A DNA stretch of 64,000 bases from Minisyncoccia bacterium (GCA_050011835.1 JBEKII010000001.1:22473-86472), one strand, 5' to 3'. Shown: positions 25,622-36,046, numbered from the stretch's first letter. A program made the numbers and translations. The notes: generated from the sequence alone by a model not told the origin.

Positions 25622-27187
25622 ATGTTGTGGGCCGATAGGATAGCAAGCGAGATACGAGATACGCGTAAACCGCGCGATGGGAAGAAATTTCTCATACGTG
25701 ACGAGAAGACGCTCTCCGGCCGCGTACATGTCGGGAGCATGCGCGGCGTCGCTATTCATGGTCTTATCTCGGAAGTTCTTGCGGAATACGGCATCGCGAA
25801 CGAATTTCGTTTTGAGCTCGGTGACTTTGATCCGTTTGATGCTGTGCCGAGTTATCTTGATTTCGGGAAATATAAGGAACATCTCGGTAAGCCGCTTTAT
25901 ACGGTCCCGAGCCCGGAATCGGGTTTTAAAAATTACGCGGAGTATTTTGGCGATGAATTTGTCGGGGTGCATAAAAAAGCCGGCTTCACGCCAAACTATT
26001 ATCGCGCGACTGAACTTTATCAGTCGGGGAAGATGGACGCATATATTAAAATCGCGCTTGAGCGCGCGAGCGAAGTGCGCCATATTCTGAAAGAGGTTTC
26101 GGGGTCTGAAAAAGATGAAACGTGGCTGCCCATTGCTGTTGTATGCGAGAAATGCGGAAAAATAATGACGACGCGCGCATATGATTTCAATGGCGATACT
26201 GTCGCGTATACGTGTGACCGTTCGCCCGATGAGTGCGTGCCGTGTGGGCACACCGGGCGCGTCGCGCCGTGGAGGGGCGCGGCGAAACTTTTTTGGAAAG
26301 TTGATTGGGCGGCAAAGTGGGCCGTGCAGGGCGTTGATATTGAGGGCGGCGGCAAGGACCACTCAACTAGAGGCGGCTCGCGCGATGTCGCGAATCATAT
26401 CGCGCACCAAATATTCAATTTTGAACCACCCTTTGACATCCCGTATGAATTTTTCCTCGTAGGCGGAAAGAAGATGTCTTCTTCAAAAGGCCGTGGAAGT
26501 TCTGCCAAAGACATTGCCGACCTTTTCCCGCCGCAGATTTTTCGCCTTGCTCTTATCGGGAGGGATATTCGCGAACAGATTGACGTAGACCCTTCAGGCG
26601 AATCGGTGCCGCGCCTTTACGATTGGTATGACGAACTCGCGAAGGGTGTGCGCGAAGGGAAGGCCGATGATTACTCGCGCCTCTATGCGCTCTGCGAGTT
26701 CCCGTCCAAACGCGCAGGGCTCTCCGCGCCGTGGTCTATGCGATTTCGCGAGGTGGCATTTATCGTTCAAATGCCGCATCTCTCGCTCGGCGGAGAAGCA
26801 GTGAGCGCAAGGGGCAGAGAATTAACGGACGATGAGGAACGCACGCTTATTGAGCGCGCGCGATATGCGAAGTTCTGGCTCGCGACATACGCGCCGGAGG
26901 AATTTAAATACGAATTGCAAAAAGAAATGCCGAAGATTGAGCTCTCGCAGACGCAAAAAAAGGCGCTTAAAGCGCTCGCCGATTTTCTTCAAGAGAGTGA
27001 ACGCTCGGGCGAAGAAATTCACGCGCGTCTTCACGAACTTAAAACCGAAATCCCCATATCGCCCCAGGAACTCTTCCAAGCGATTTACCGCATTTTCCTC
27101 AATCGCGATTCGGGCCCGAAGGCAGGATGGTTTCTCGCTGGCCTTCCGCGCGATTTTGTCATCGCGCGCCTTTCTGAATCAGTGTAA
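25622..27187 (+). CDS. lysK: Lysyl-tRNA synthetase, class I
   Basis: HVGSMRG (HIGH-like) and KMSSSKG (class-I LysRS KMSKS variant). Zinc-binding CxxC pairs. Confidence 0.8.
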   Translation: MLWADRIASEIRDTRKPRDGKKFLIRDEKTLSGRVHVGSMRGVAIHGLISEVLAEYGIANEFRFELGDFDPFDAVPSYLDFGKYKEHLGKPLYTVPSPESGFKNYAEYFGDEFVGVHKKAGFTPNYYRATELYQSGKMDAYIKIALERASEVRHILKEVSGSEKDETWLPIAVVCEKCGKIMTTRAYDFNGDTVAYTCDRSPDECVPCGHTGRVAPWRGAAKLFWKVDWAAKWAVQGVDIEGGGKDHSTRGGSRDVANHIAHQIFNFEPPFDIPYEFFLVGGKKMSSSKGRGSSAKDIADLFPPQIFRLALIGRDIREQIDVDPSGESVPRLYDWYDELAKGVREGKADDYSRLYALCEFPSKRAGLSAPWSMRFREVAFIVQMPHLSLGGEAVSARGRELTDDEERTLIERARYAKFWLATYAPEEFKYELQKEMPKIELSQTQKKALKALADFLQESERSGEEIHARLHELKTEIPISPQELFQAIYRIFLNRDSGPKAGWFLAGLPRDFVIARLSESV

Positions 27188-27278
27188 TAATAAAGAACAT
27201 ACCTTATAAAAACAGAAACCGCCCTTCAACGGTTTCCGTTGTGGACGGCGGACAATTTCGGTCGATTCCGATACAGGT

Positions 27279-27539
27279 TTATGGAATCAATTCTCGGAGA
27301 AAAAGAGGGAAGAATCTCTTTTCAATAAAGCGTATCCCCACCATGCAGAAAAGCCCCAAATAACAAATAAGAATCACCATCATAAACCGAACGAATATAT
27401 ACCGAGCTCGATAAAAACCATTCATACCTCTCGTTGTCCGGACGCTTATAAGAATTGCAGCCACTATAAAAATGGCGGCCACTACCCCATGATCAATGCC
27501 AATGATGGCTTGTGAGAGAGAATTTTGCATCACGGTCAC
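27279..27539 (-). CDS. Small membrane protein (hypothetical)
   Basis: Two TM helices. SD AAGGGGG. Confidence 0.4.
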   Translation of the reverse strand: MTVMQNSLSQAIIGIDHGVVAAIFIVAAILISVRTTRGMNGFYRARYIFVRFMMVILICYLGLFCMVGIRFIEKRFFPLFLRELIP

Positions 27540-27686
27540 CCCCTTCTTTTATTTTGATAGAACGTCTGGAACGAGAATGTCAGGCAGCACTGCTTTTGTC
27601 AAGTTATATATAAGGGGAACTATATAAGAAAAGCCGAGGTACACACAAAGTGTAATGCCTCGGCTTCGTAAAGGTCGCGAAACGCA

Positions 27687-28475
27687 CTAAGCTTTCTTCG
27701 CGGCCTTGGTCATCGCATCAAACCTGTTTTTCCAGTCATTGACCGCATGAGCAGCCCGCTTCTGAAGTTGATCAATGTGGGCGAAAATGTTGCGCACCTG
27801 TCGCTCGGTTACGTCATGCTCCTCGTACTTTTCGAGGAGGTTGCGAATGAGCGCACCGTTCTTATGGCTCAATGATGTATGAGTTTTTGTGAGATTCCTC
27901 TGAATCTCAGCAATACCCCCTACCGCCGACTTGCGACGTCCCGACAATTCTTTCTTGAGGCTCTCGTGCTCTACGCCGTGTATCTCGGCGGCTTTAGCAA
28001 CCGTAAGTCCGCCGTCGGTAACTGCTTCCTTGGCACGCAATAACTTCGCCCTTGAGACCTTGGATTGCACTTCATTAATATACCGCCGAGCCATTCCATG
28101 CGGAAGACAAAGCAATTCGCCGATACGTTTCTTCGCTTCACCGCGTTCGAGCAATAACATGATCGTATGCTCGGTATCTTGCTGGGTTGGTGGAAGCGAG
28201 CCGCCGAGATTTGCCTTGAATGCCGCAGCGATCAGTTCCGTCTCGTTGTGAATATCCACAACTTCAGCTTCAATCTCACTGATATTGTTCAGTTCATAGG
28301 CCTCAATCCTGTGCCGACCATCTATTATTTCATACTCGGGAGTGATTTTGATCGGGTCCAGTTTAATGCCATTTAGAATCAATTCGGCGAGAAACAGCGC
28401 GTGGTCTTGGTTCAGTGTCTTACGGACGAACAAGTTCGTTTTCAGATCCTTAATTTTAACCGTGACGATCTTCAT
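27687..28475 (-). CDS. ParB-like nuclease domain protein (ParB/Srx fold + HTH)
   Basis: IIDGRHRIEA (ParB N-terminal domain DGRHR motif). SD AAAGGAG 8 nt upstream. Confidence 0.7.
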   Translation of the reverse strand: MKIVTVKIKDLKTNLFVRKTLNQDHALFLAELILNGIKLDPIKITPEYEIIDGRHRIEAYELNNISEIEAEVVDIHNETELIAAAFKANLGGSLPPTQQDTEHTIMLLLERGEAKKRIGELLCLPHGMARRYINEVQSKVSRAKLLRAKEAVTDGGLTVAKAAEIHGVEHESLKKELSGRRKSAVGGIAEIQRNLTKTHTSLSHKNGALIRNLLEKYEEHDVTERQVRNIFAHIDQLQKRAAHAVNDWKNRFDAMTKAAKKA

Positions 28476-28496
28476 GCTCTTTGCTCCTTTCTGATG

Positions 28497-28751
28497 CTAA
28501 TTAGTGTTGCTGTTTTCAGGCGGTTTTGTAAATCGTGCGTGTTTGGCGCGCCATCCGGCACTTTTCTCCCTCACTTGGGACAACACCACGCGCATTCCAG
28601 GCTCGGGCCAGTCCTCCTCCTGCCAAACTTCAGGGTTCAGCGAGAAAGTGACAGAGCCCATTTCTTGAGAATGTGCGACTGCATAAGGACCATACTTGCC
28701 GTTGTGAATAATTTTTCCAACGACAGCCTGGTATTCCTTGCCTTTTGTCAT
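28497..28751 (-). CDS. Hypothetical small protein (84 aa), translationally coupled
   Basis: SD AAAGGAGAGGG. The ATG at 28751 overlaps the stop of the upstream gene (cTGATGa). Confidence 0.5.
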   Translation of the reverse strand: MTKGKEYQAVVGKIIHNGKYGPYAVAHSQEMGSVTFSLNPEVWQEEDWPEPGMRVVLSQVREKSAGWRAKHARFTKPPENSNTN

Positions 28752-29290
28752 CAGCCCTCTCCTTTCTGGAGAATTTTGTATCCACTCTTTCTTTTTTCCA
28801 GTTCCTCCTTTCTCCTTTTCCACTCGTTCCACATCTTTTGCCCCTTTTCCTCACTTGCGTTCCAATCACCTCGTAGAATTTCGTAAAGTTGCGAGGATGA
28901 AGCGTAACCGAGCAGAATGGTGGCTTGTTCGCCAGAAAGAAGTCCATATCCGACAAGTTCTGCAAAATTTCGCCGGACTTTTGGCATTCTTTCTAGCTCA
29001 ATTATGCGATAGCCGTTCATGTCGAGGAAGCACATCAATTTGATAAGTTCTTCCCCGATAGGGAACATTCCGGTGTTGTGTAGCCAACGAGTTACGGAAT
29101 GAATAGTAACTCCGCAAAAGTCGGCTATGGGTTTTTTGACCTGAGTGGCTCTCCGAGTACCTTTTGGTATACGTGAGTTAAAACTCATGCCAAAATGTTC
29201 GAGACACTCTTCAAAGTGGCCCCGAAATACCTCCTGTTTTTCTTCGTCATTCACAATGAATTCCTCCTTTCTATAATTTGAATTTGTCAA
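28751..29290 (-). CDS. HTH DNA-binding protein (hypothetical regulator)
   Basis: HTH segment IADFCGVTIHSVTRWLHN. The likely real start is the GTG at 29252 behind SD AAAGGAGGAA. The track starts at a TTG at 29290. Confidence 0.5.
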   Translation of the reverse strand: MTNSNYRKEEFIVNDEEKQEVFRGHFEECLEHFGMSFNSRIPKGTRRATQVKKPIADFCGVTIHSVTRWLHNTGMFPIGEELIKLMCFLDMNGYRIIELERMPKVRRNFAELVGYGLLSGEQATILLGYASSSQLYEILRGDWNASEEKGQKMWNEWKRRKEELEKRKSGYKILQKGEG

Positions 29291-29420
29291 AAATCAGTTT
29301 CAACCAAGAAAGCCTCCTCCTTGGTTATTCTTTTCTATCACAAAGAACATTTTGTGTCAATACTACGTACTATCAATTTTTTCTTGATTTTTCGGCATGG
29401 GGATAACCTCACTAGGACGA

Positions 29421-29480
29421 GTGGGGGGAAGTGGAATATAATAACCTGCTAGTGGGAAGAAGTGGAAATGGGAGTGGTGG
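29421..29480 (+). promoter_or_regulatory. Putative MraZ operator: phased GTGG(G) direct repeats
   Basis: GTGG at 29421, 29431, 29452, 29462 and 29474, with ~10-bp phasing, immediately upstream of mraZ. Confidence 0.5.
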
Positions 29481-29511
29481 CCCATTTCTCCCTCTCACCC
29501 GCTTATTTTCC

Positions 29512-29940
29512 ATGTTTATTGGCGAATATTTGCACATCATTGACCCCAAGAATCGTATCTCGCTTCCGGCAAAGTTCCGGAAGGGTCTCGGCCGTGTCGT
29601 CGTTCTGACGCGCGGCCTTGACCATTGCCTCTTCGTCTATCCAAAAAGGACGTGGGAGAAAGAGGCGATTGCGCGAGCGGCGCATGCGAGCGGAACGGCG
29701 GCCGGCCGCGGACTCGCACGCCTGTTTCTCGCCGGGGCGATGGAGGCGGAGGTTGATGCCGCCGGGCGCGCGCTTATACCCGACCATTTGAAGAGTTTTG
29801 CCGGCCTTGGTTCAAAGGTGGTTATTGCCGGTGTCGCAAACCGAATAGAAATTTGGGACGAAGCGGCATGGCAGACGTACACAATTGCGATTGAACGAGA
29901 CGCTGATGCATTTGCCGAGAAACTCGGCAATGTTGATTGA
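29512..29940 (+). CDS. mraZ: Transcriptional regulator MraZ
   Basis: MFIGEYLHIIDPKNRISLPAKFR...VVLTRGLDHCLFVYP. Confidence 0.85.
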   Translation: MFIGEYLHIIDPKNRISLPAKFRKGLGRVVVLTRGLDHCLFVYPKRTWEKEAIARAAHASGTAAGRGLARLFLAGAMEAEVDAAGRALIPDHLKSFAGLGSKVVIAGVANRIEIWDEAAWQTYTIAIERDADAFAEKLGNVD

Positions 29941-29941
29941 T

Positions 29942-30838
29942 ATGGAGATGCGCCACGAGAGCGTCCTCATGAATGAAGTGCTTGAGGCGCTTGATATGCA
30001 TTCGAACGATACTGTTGTTGACGCGACTATCGGCGGGGCAGGGCATTTCGCTGCATTACTTGCCGTCCTTGGCGGCGGCGGCGTTATTATCGGCATTGAT
30101 GCTGATCCCGCGGCGGTAGAACGCGGGCGTGAGGCCTATGCCCGCGACCGTCGGGCCGAGCGCCCGACCGCACATTTGGTGAATGATAATTTTCGCAATC
30201 TCGCGCGCATTCTTAAGCGGTTTAAGATCAGTCGGGTTAATAAAATACTTTTTGACCTTGGGTGGAGTGGATACCAGATCGCCGCGCCGCGCGGATTTTC
30301 TTTTCAGAATGAAGAACCGCTTCTTATGACCTATGGCGAGGAGGGGGAAACGGCGGCCGACATCGTTAATTCTTCTACCGAAAAAGCGCTTGCCTCCCTC
30401 ATCTCTGCTTATGGTGAGGAACGTTTCGCGCGCGGCATCGCGCGCGAAATCGTTAAGGCGCGTTCCAAAGGACGCATCCTCACGACGAGAGCGCTTGTCG
30501 CGGCCGTGTATGAGGGCACGCCGGCGTGGTATCACAAACGGAAAATTCACCCGGCGACAAAAACGTTCCAAGCGCTTCGCATCGCCGTGAATGATGAGCC
30601 TGGCGCGCTTCGTGATGGGCTTGCAGCCGCACTCGATGCTCTCACCCCAAACGGACGTCTTGCAGTTATTTCTTTTCATAGCATTGAAGACCGCGTCGTG
30701 AAGAACATATTGCGTGATGCCGCACGCGCAGGATTAGGAACACTCACGCCGAAGAGGCCGATTGTGGCGACGCGTGCGGAAATCCTCGCAAATCGCCGTG
30801 CGCGAAGCGCGAAGTTGCGCGTTTTTTCCTATGCGTAA
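29942..30838 (+). CDS. rsmH: 16S rRNA m4C1402 methyltransferase
   Basis: VLMNEVLEAL...VDATIGGAGH...AVISFHSIEDRVVK. Confidence 0.85.
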   Translation: MEMRHESVLMNEVLEALDMHSNDTVVDATIGGAGHFAALLAVLGGGGVIIGIDADPAAVERGREAYARDRRAERPTAHLVNDNFRNLARILKRFKISRVNKILFDLGWSGYQIAAPRGFSFQNEEPLLMTYGEEGETAADIVNSSTEKALASLISAYGEERFARGIAREIVKARSKGRILTTRALVAAVYEGTPAWYHKRKIHPATKTFQALRIAVNDEPGALRDGLAAALDALTPNGRLAVISFHSIEDRVVKNILRDAARAGLGTLTPKRPIVATRAEILANRRARSAKLRVFSYA

Positions 30839-31130
30839 TTCTCGCTCCCGTTCTCATCTCCCGTTTTCTTTGACCACGTTTTGTTGTTGTGCCGTTGCGG
30901 TTCTTGCCGTCGCGTATCTCGGTCTCATCGCCATTGTTATGAGCTATGCGGCGCTTACGATTGAATTCTCGCAATCGGTTAAAAATGATGAAGCGGTAGT
31001 CGCGACGCTTGAACAGCAGTATCTCTCCATCGTGTCGCAAATTACCAATACCGATTATGCCGCCGCGGGATACGCGTTGCCTGTCGCGGAGATTTTCGTA
31101 CCGGCAAAGGATGTAACGGCGTTGCGCTAA
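30831..31130 (+). CDS. ftsL: FtsL-like cell division protein
   Basis: Small bitopic protein between rsmH and ftsI. Confidence 0.5.
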   Translation: MRNSRSRSHLPFSLTTFCCCAVAVLAVAYLGLIAIVMSYAALTIEFSQSVKNDEAVVATLEQQYLSIVSQITNTDYAAAGYALPVAEIFVPAKDVTALR

Positions 31131-31135
31131 CAAGT

Positions 31136-32878
31136 ATGCGCGCACAATTTCGCAGCCGCATTCGCCTCGTGCTCGCCTGCATCATCCTCGCCGCGCTGTG
31201 TATTATTATTCGCCTTTATTTCATCCAGATTGTACACGGGCAGGATTATGCGCAAAAGGCCGATCGGCAATTCGCCTCTGGCGAGAGCGACCTTTTTGAC
31301 CGCGGTTCAGTCTATTTTACCCAAAAGGACGGCACGCTTATCTCTGCGGCGACGCTCCAAACCGGTTTTCTGGTGGCGCTGAATCCGCAAACGCTTCAAA
31401 ACCCGGAAGCCGCTTACACAGCGATAAATTCTGTCGCTCCTTCCTCGTTTTCGCTTAGCCACGACGCATTTCTTGCCGCAGCGGCAAAAAAATCGCAAGT
31501 GTATATTGAAGTCGCGCACCATCTCTCTGATTCCGCGGGAACCGCGCTTTCCGCTCTTAACATTCCTGGCGTGCAAGTACTGCGCGAGCGATGGCGTTAT
31601 TATCCGGGCGGAACGCTTGCCGCGCAAACTATCGGTATCGTTTCCTACGGTTTGGGCGATGTGCTCGCGGGCCAGACCGGTCTTGAAGCAACGTACGATA
31701 GCACGCTTTCGCGCTCGGGCGATTCGCTCTACAAAAACTTCTTTGCGGAATTATTTTCTAACATCGGCAATCTGCTTGTTTCTCCGAAGGATGCGCGCGA
31801 AGGCGATATCGTAACGACGATTGAGCCCGAGGTTCAAATGCGGCTTGAGAGCGACATTGCGAAAGTAAATGAAAAGTATTCAAGCCAAGAATCGGGCGGT
31901 ATTATCATGGACCCGGCGACGGGCGCGATTTTTGCCATTGCAAGTTATCCGTCCTATGACGAAAATAATTTACAAAATGTTGACCCGACACTGCTCGGCA
32001 ATCCGCTGGTAGAGCAGGTGCATGAATTTGGCTCCATTATGAAGCCGATTACGATGACTTCGGCGCTTGATGCGGGCATCATCACGCCAGAGACAACATA
32101 TGACGACAAGGGCTGCATCACGGTGGATAAGCAAAACATTTGCAATTGGGATTCAAAGCCGCGGGGCGTTATTCCTATGCAGCAAATCATCATGCAGTCG
32201 CTGAACGTCGGCGCTGCGTGGATCGCCACTCAATTGGGGCAAGAAAAATTTCGTGATTATTTCACTAAAGTCTTCGGACAGAAAACGGGCATTGACTTGC
32301 CAAACGAAACCGGGGCATTGCTGGGGAATCTTTCCGAACCTGAACAGGTCGACTATGATACGGCGGCTTTCGGACAGGGCATTGCTGTTACGCCGATACA
32401 AATGATTCGAGCGCTTGGCGCGGTAGCGAACGGCGGCGTGATGGTAGAGCCGCACCTCGTGAGCGCGATACGCCTTGACTCGGGCATAACGCGCCAGCTT
32501 GATTGGAGCCAGAAAGTCCCGGTCTTTTCTGCGGTTACCGCGCGCGAAACGACCGTGATGATGGACGCGCTTGACGACGGCCCACTTGAAAATGGCCAGG
32601 CGAAAATCCCGACTATGACCGTAGCGGCAAAGACCGGCACTGCACAGCTCACTGATGGACATGGCGGTTATTCTACGACCCATTTTTTCCATTCCTTTGT
32701 CGGCTTCTTCCCCTCGTATAATCCGAGGTTTATTATTCTTCTCTACACGGACGACCCTCAGCATGTTGAGTTTGCGTCAGAGACGCTGGACACCACCTTC
32801 CTTGACCTGGTGCATTTTCTCATTGACTATTATGCCGTGCCGCCTGACCGTGGCTTCGCCACCACGACACCCTCATGA
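31136..32878 (+). CDS. ftsI: Penicillin-binding protein FtsI-like transpeptidase
   Basis: N-terminal TM. SIMKP (SxxK). KTGTAQ. Confidence 0.8.
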   Translation: MRAQFRSRIRLVLACIILAALCIIIRLYFIQIVHGQDYAQKADRQFASGESDLFDRGSVYFTQKDGTLISAATLQTGFLVALNPQTLQNPEAAYTAINSVAPSSFSLSHDAFLAAAAKKSQVYIEVAHHLSDSAGTALSALNIPGVQVLRERWRYYPGGTLAAQTIGIVSYGLGDVLAGQTGLEATYDSTLSRSGDSLYKNFFAELFSNIGNLLVSPKDAREGDIVTTIEPEVQMRLESDIAKVNEKYSSQESGGIIMDPATGAIFAIASYPSYDENNLQNVDPTLLGNPLVEQVHEFGSIMKPITMTSALDAGIITPETTYDDKGCITVDKQNICNWDSKPRGVIPMQQIIMQSLNVGAAWIATQLGQEKFRDYFTKVFGQKTGIDLPNETGALLGNLSEPEQVDYDTAAFGQGIAVTPIQMIRALGAVANGGVMVEPHLVSAIRLDSGITRQLDWSQKVPVFSAVTARETTVMMDALDDGPLENGQAKIPTMTVAAKTGTAQLTDGHGGYSTTHFFHSFVGFFPSYNPRFIILLYTDDPQHVEFASETLDTTFLDLVHFLIDYYAVPPDRGFATTTPS

Positions 32879-34164
32879 AAAAACTCTTTAAATCCATTAT
32901 CGCTTTTAAACTCGGGCTCTGCGCGCGAGCTGTCATACACCGCTATCAACCGCGCATTGTGATGGTGACCGGTTCGGTAGGGAAGACCTCAACAAAAGAT
33001 GCCGTCGCGGCAGTGCTCACCAAACGTTTTTCCGTCCGCAAGAGCGAGAAAAGCTTCAATAGCGAGTTCGGCGTGCCGTTTACAGTTCTGGGCGTAGAAA
33101 ATCCGTGGAATAATTTTTTTGCGTGGTTTTGGGTCGCGAAGAGTACGCTCGCGCTTCTCGTTTTGCCGAATCATTATCCGAATATGCTGGTGCTAGAAAC
33201 AGGAGCGGACCAGCCCGGCGATCTCGCGCGGATATTGCGCATCGCAACGCCGGATATGGTTGTCGTGACACGGTTGCCCGAGATTCCGGTACATGTGGAA
33301 GCCTATCCTTCTCCCGAAGCGGTACGAGAAGAAGAATTTTCTCCTGCCTATGCGCTCCGGGCCGAATCGCCGCTTATCATCCCGTCCGATGATTCGTACG
33401 CGCTTGATAGCGCGATGCGCACGCCGGCGCGCGTCATTTCCTACGGCGCTACGGATGACGCTTCTGTGCGCGTCAGCGATATTAATTTTTATGAAATTGA
33501 AGGAAGGGTTGCTGGTATGCAAGCGCGAGTGAATATGAAAAATGAGCAAGGAGAATTGCTCGTCAAGGGTTCGGTCGGGAAGACCCAACTTCTCCCGGCC
33601 ACGGCCGCGCTCGCCGCCGGGCTCGCCTCTGACATACCGCTTTCCGAAGCGCTTGAAGCACTTAAAGAGTACGAGCCGCCGCCCGGCCGCGGTCGTCTTC
33701 TCGCCGGGAAGAATGGCTCAATTATTATTGATGATTCTTATAATGCGTCTCCCGCGGCGGTTGAAGAATCTCTTGAAACTCTGAAAATATTTCCGTACGC
33801 GAGACGCCGCATTGCAGTCCTTGGCGACATGCTGGAGCTCGGGCGCTATTCGGTATTAGAGCACGAACGCATTGCCGCGCTCGCTGTTGATGCGGCCGAT
33901 GTCGTCGTAGCGGTTGGTATTCGCTCTCGGGTATTTGCCACGGCCGGCAGGGATGCTTCACCGAAACGCGCCGACGTTATGCTATTTGACGATTCCCGCG
34001 CCGCCGCGAGCGCTCTTCCCGCTATCGTCCGTGAAGGCGATGTGATTTTGATAAAGGGCTCTCAATCAATTCGCACCGAGCGAATTGTAGAATCGCTTCT
34101 CGCCAATCCTGTCGATGTCATTCATCTTGTCCGTCAAGAAAAAAGGTGGAAAGAAAAAGCATGA
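32875..34164 (+). CDS. murF: Mur ligase (MurF-like, D-Ala-D-Ala adding enzyme)
   Basis: MVTGSVGKTSTKD P-loop. IIDDSYNASPAAV. Confidence 0.7.
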   Translation: MKKLFKSIIAFKLGLCARAVIHRYQPRIVMVTGSVGKTSTKDAVAAVLTKRFSVRKSEKSFNSEFGVPFTVLGVENPWNNFFAWFWVAKSTLALLVLPNHYPNMLVLETGADQPGDLARILRIATPDMVVVTRLPEIPVHVEAYPSPEAVREEEFSPAYALRAESPLIIPSDDSYALDSAMRTPARVISYGATDDASVRVSDINFYEIEGRVAGMQARVNMKNEQGELLVKGSVGKTQLLPATAALAAGLASDIPLSEALEALKEYEPPPGRGRLLAGKNGSIIIDDSYNASPAAVEESLETLKIFPYARRRIAVLGDMLELGRYSVLEHERIAALAVDAADVVVAVGIRSRVFATAGRDASPKRADVMLFDDSRAAASALPAIVREGDVILIKGSQSIRTERIVESLLANPVDVIHLVRQEKRWKEKA

Positions 34165-34751
34165 AGAATCCTGATGTAGCGCGCACAGCAGCATTTATAC
34201 GTCTTTTACATTCTCTCCAATCGGTAGAACGAGTCGCCGCCATTTCAGATCTTTCCCGTCGAGAAAATGACGTGGAGCATTCTTATTTCCTTGTAATGGT
34301 GTGCTGGTATCTCTGTGACACTTTACAGCTCGATTATTCCAAAGAGAAAGTCTTTCGCTATGCATTGGTGCATGATTTGGTTGAGATATATTCAGGCGAT
34401 ACATTTTTTCTAGATGCTAAGGCACAAGAGACCAAAAAGGAACGAGAAGAAAGTGCTCGTGTCCGTATCGCAAACGAGTTCCCAGAATTTAAGGACTTAC
34501 ACGCGGCCATTAAGGCATATGAACATCGTAACGATCCAGAAGCTGGCTTTGTATACGCCATTGACAAAGTTCTTCCTTTTCTCATTAATTATATGCAAGG
34601 CGGATATATGTGGAAGGAAATGGGTGTTGCGCACGAGGATGATTATGCGAACAAGCGAGAGAAAATTGGTGAACAAAAAGAAGCGCGCGAACTGCTTGAA
34701 CAAATCATCGCTCTTATTGGAGACGATTGGGGGACATATTTTGTAGCGTGA
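34161..34751 (+). CDS. HD-domain hydrolase (YfbR-like 5'-nucleotidase family)
   Basis: HSYFLV...HDLVEIYSGD. Confidence 0.6.
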   Translation: MKNPDVARTAAFIRLLHSLQSVERVAAISDLSRRENDVEHSYFLVMVCWYLCDTLQLDYSKEKVFRYALVHDLVEIYSGDTFFLDAKAQETKKEREESARVRIANEFPEFKDLHAAIKAYEHRNDPEAGFVYAIDKVLPFLINYMQGGYMWKEMGVAHEDDYANKREKIGEQKEARELLEQIIALIGDDWGTYFVA

Positions 34752-34792
34752 GTTTCATAAAACGAAACCCGGGTCGCCTTCGCTTCCCGGGT

Positions 34793-35260
34793 CTAGCTGA
34801 CCTCCACAACTTCTTCGGGGCAGATGAATGCTCTTTGTCCCTCACCATTTTTCCCGTTCGCCCTTCCAAACTTTACTTCAACCGGGACGAACGGCAGAAT
34901 AATTTCTAATACAATACCTCCGGCTTGGACCGAAAATTCCAGTCCAAGCTTTGCAAGATAAGTTTTTAAAATTTTATCTTGCTGAGCGGCGGGTCCCCAC
35001 AAGGGAAATAAAACTCTAACTCGCACATTTCCCCCCGTTATCTCCTCTATAAAAAGAGAGGTGGGAACAAGTTGTCCTTGTGTACGTCCATCTATTGGTG
35101 GCGAGATCAAAACTAGCTCTCGTTCCGCCGCGACGGTGGAAATAAAATCCTTCCAGGTTAATTTCTTCGGAAGGACCCCATCTACTGCTTCAACTATTCG
35201 CTGAAACAGTCGGTCACTCGTCAGGACGAGCGATCGTGTCTTTAACAATATGTTTTTCAT
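34793..35260 (-). CDS. Hypothetical protein (155 aa)
   Basis: SD AAAGGAGGAG before MKNILLK. Confidence 0.45.
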   Translation of the reverse strand: MKNILLKTRSLVLTSDRLFQRIVEAVDGVLPKKLTWKDFISTVAAERELVLISPPIDGRTQGQLVPTSLFIEEITGGNVRVRVLFPLWGPAAQQDKILKTYLAKLGLEFSVQAGGIVLEIILPFVPVEVKFGRANGKNGEGQRAFICPEEVVEVS

Positions 35261-35536
35261 CGCTCCTCCTTTCGTTACGTTTGGTGCATCTCCCGAAAGG
35301 GTTAACCAATTCACTCAATAAGTCAAGCCCTCCTATTAAAATAAAATGTGACCTCACAACCTGGCTTTCAGAACTCGTGCAGTGGCGGGAAGATATAACG
35401 GTTAGTATTCGAGAACTGGAGTCCCTCGCACTAGAAGTATAAAGGGCGTGCCCGGATTTCTCCGTGGGTCTGGATAAAAAACAAAACCCCGCCTATGTAA
35501 GCACGGGGCTTGTCTAGGCAGGGCTGAATGAACCAC

Positions 35537-36046
35537 TTACTCGGGAAGTTTGAATGGTGAGACGATAATCCGTGGCTCCACATAGACGGGCCGGACATCG
35601 GGTCCGTTCGGATCTTTGCACATGACCCATGTACCTTCAGCTGATGCCGGCGAGAAAAGCCCATTCGGATCAGCCTGGGCGATGACCGTTGTGTCGTGGT
35701 AAGTCGAACTATCAATGATAGGTCTTTGCGGATTGGTGAATTGAGTGGCATAGGGAATGCCATATCCAATTGATTGACAGAAGAACACTTTCTTCCCTTG
35801 CATTTCGTTCCACAAATAGGTGTACGTGACCAGGCCGGTTTGATCCCGGAGTTCATAGATGTCCTTCAGGAGCTTCTTCTCCCGAAAGTTTTTGATAGCT
35901 GGCATACCGATTTGCGCCGCACCCTCTTGTAGTATGCGCTCCTGCTGTTGTCGCTGAATCCGGTCGCTTGATGCTTGTTGCTCACAACCAGCAAGCAGAA
36001 ACGCTGTGATGACCAAGATAGCAGCAAAAACGATTCCTTTCTTCAT
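35537..36046 (-). CDS. Lipoprotein (hypothetical)
   Basis: Signal peptide plus lipobox LLAGC. A minus-strand terminator follows at ~35475-35510. Confidence 0.55.
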   Translation of the reverse strand: MKKGIVFAAILVITAFLLAGCEQQASSDRIQRQQQERILQEGAAQIGMPAIKNFREKKLLKDIYELRDQTGLVTYTYLWNEMQGKKVFFCQSIGYGIPYATQFTNPQRPIIDSSTYHDTTVIAQADPNGLFSPASAEGTWVMCKDPNGPDVRPVYVEPRIIVSPFKLPE

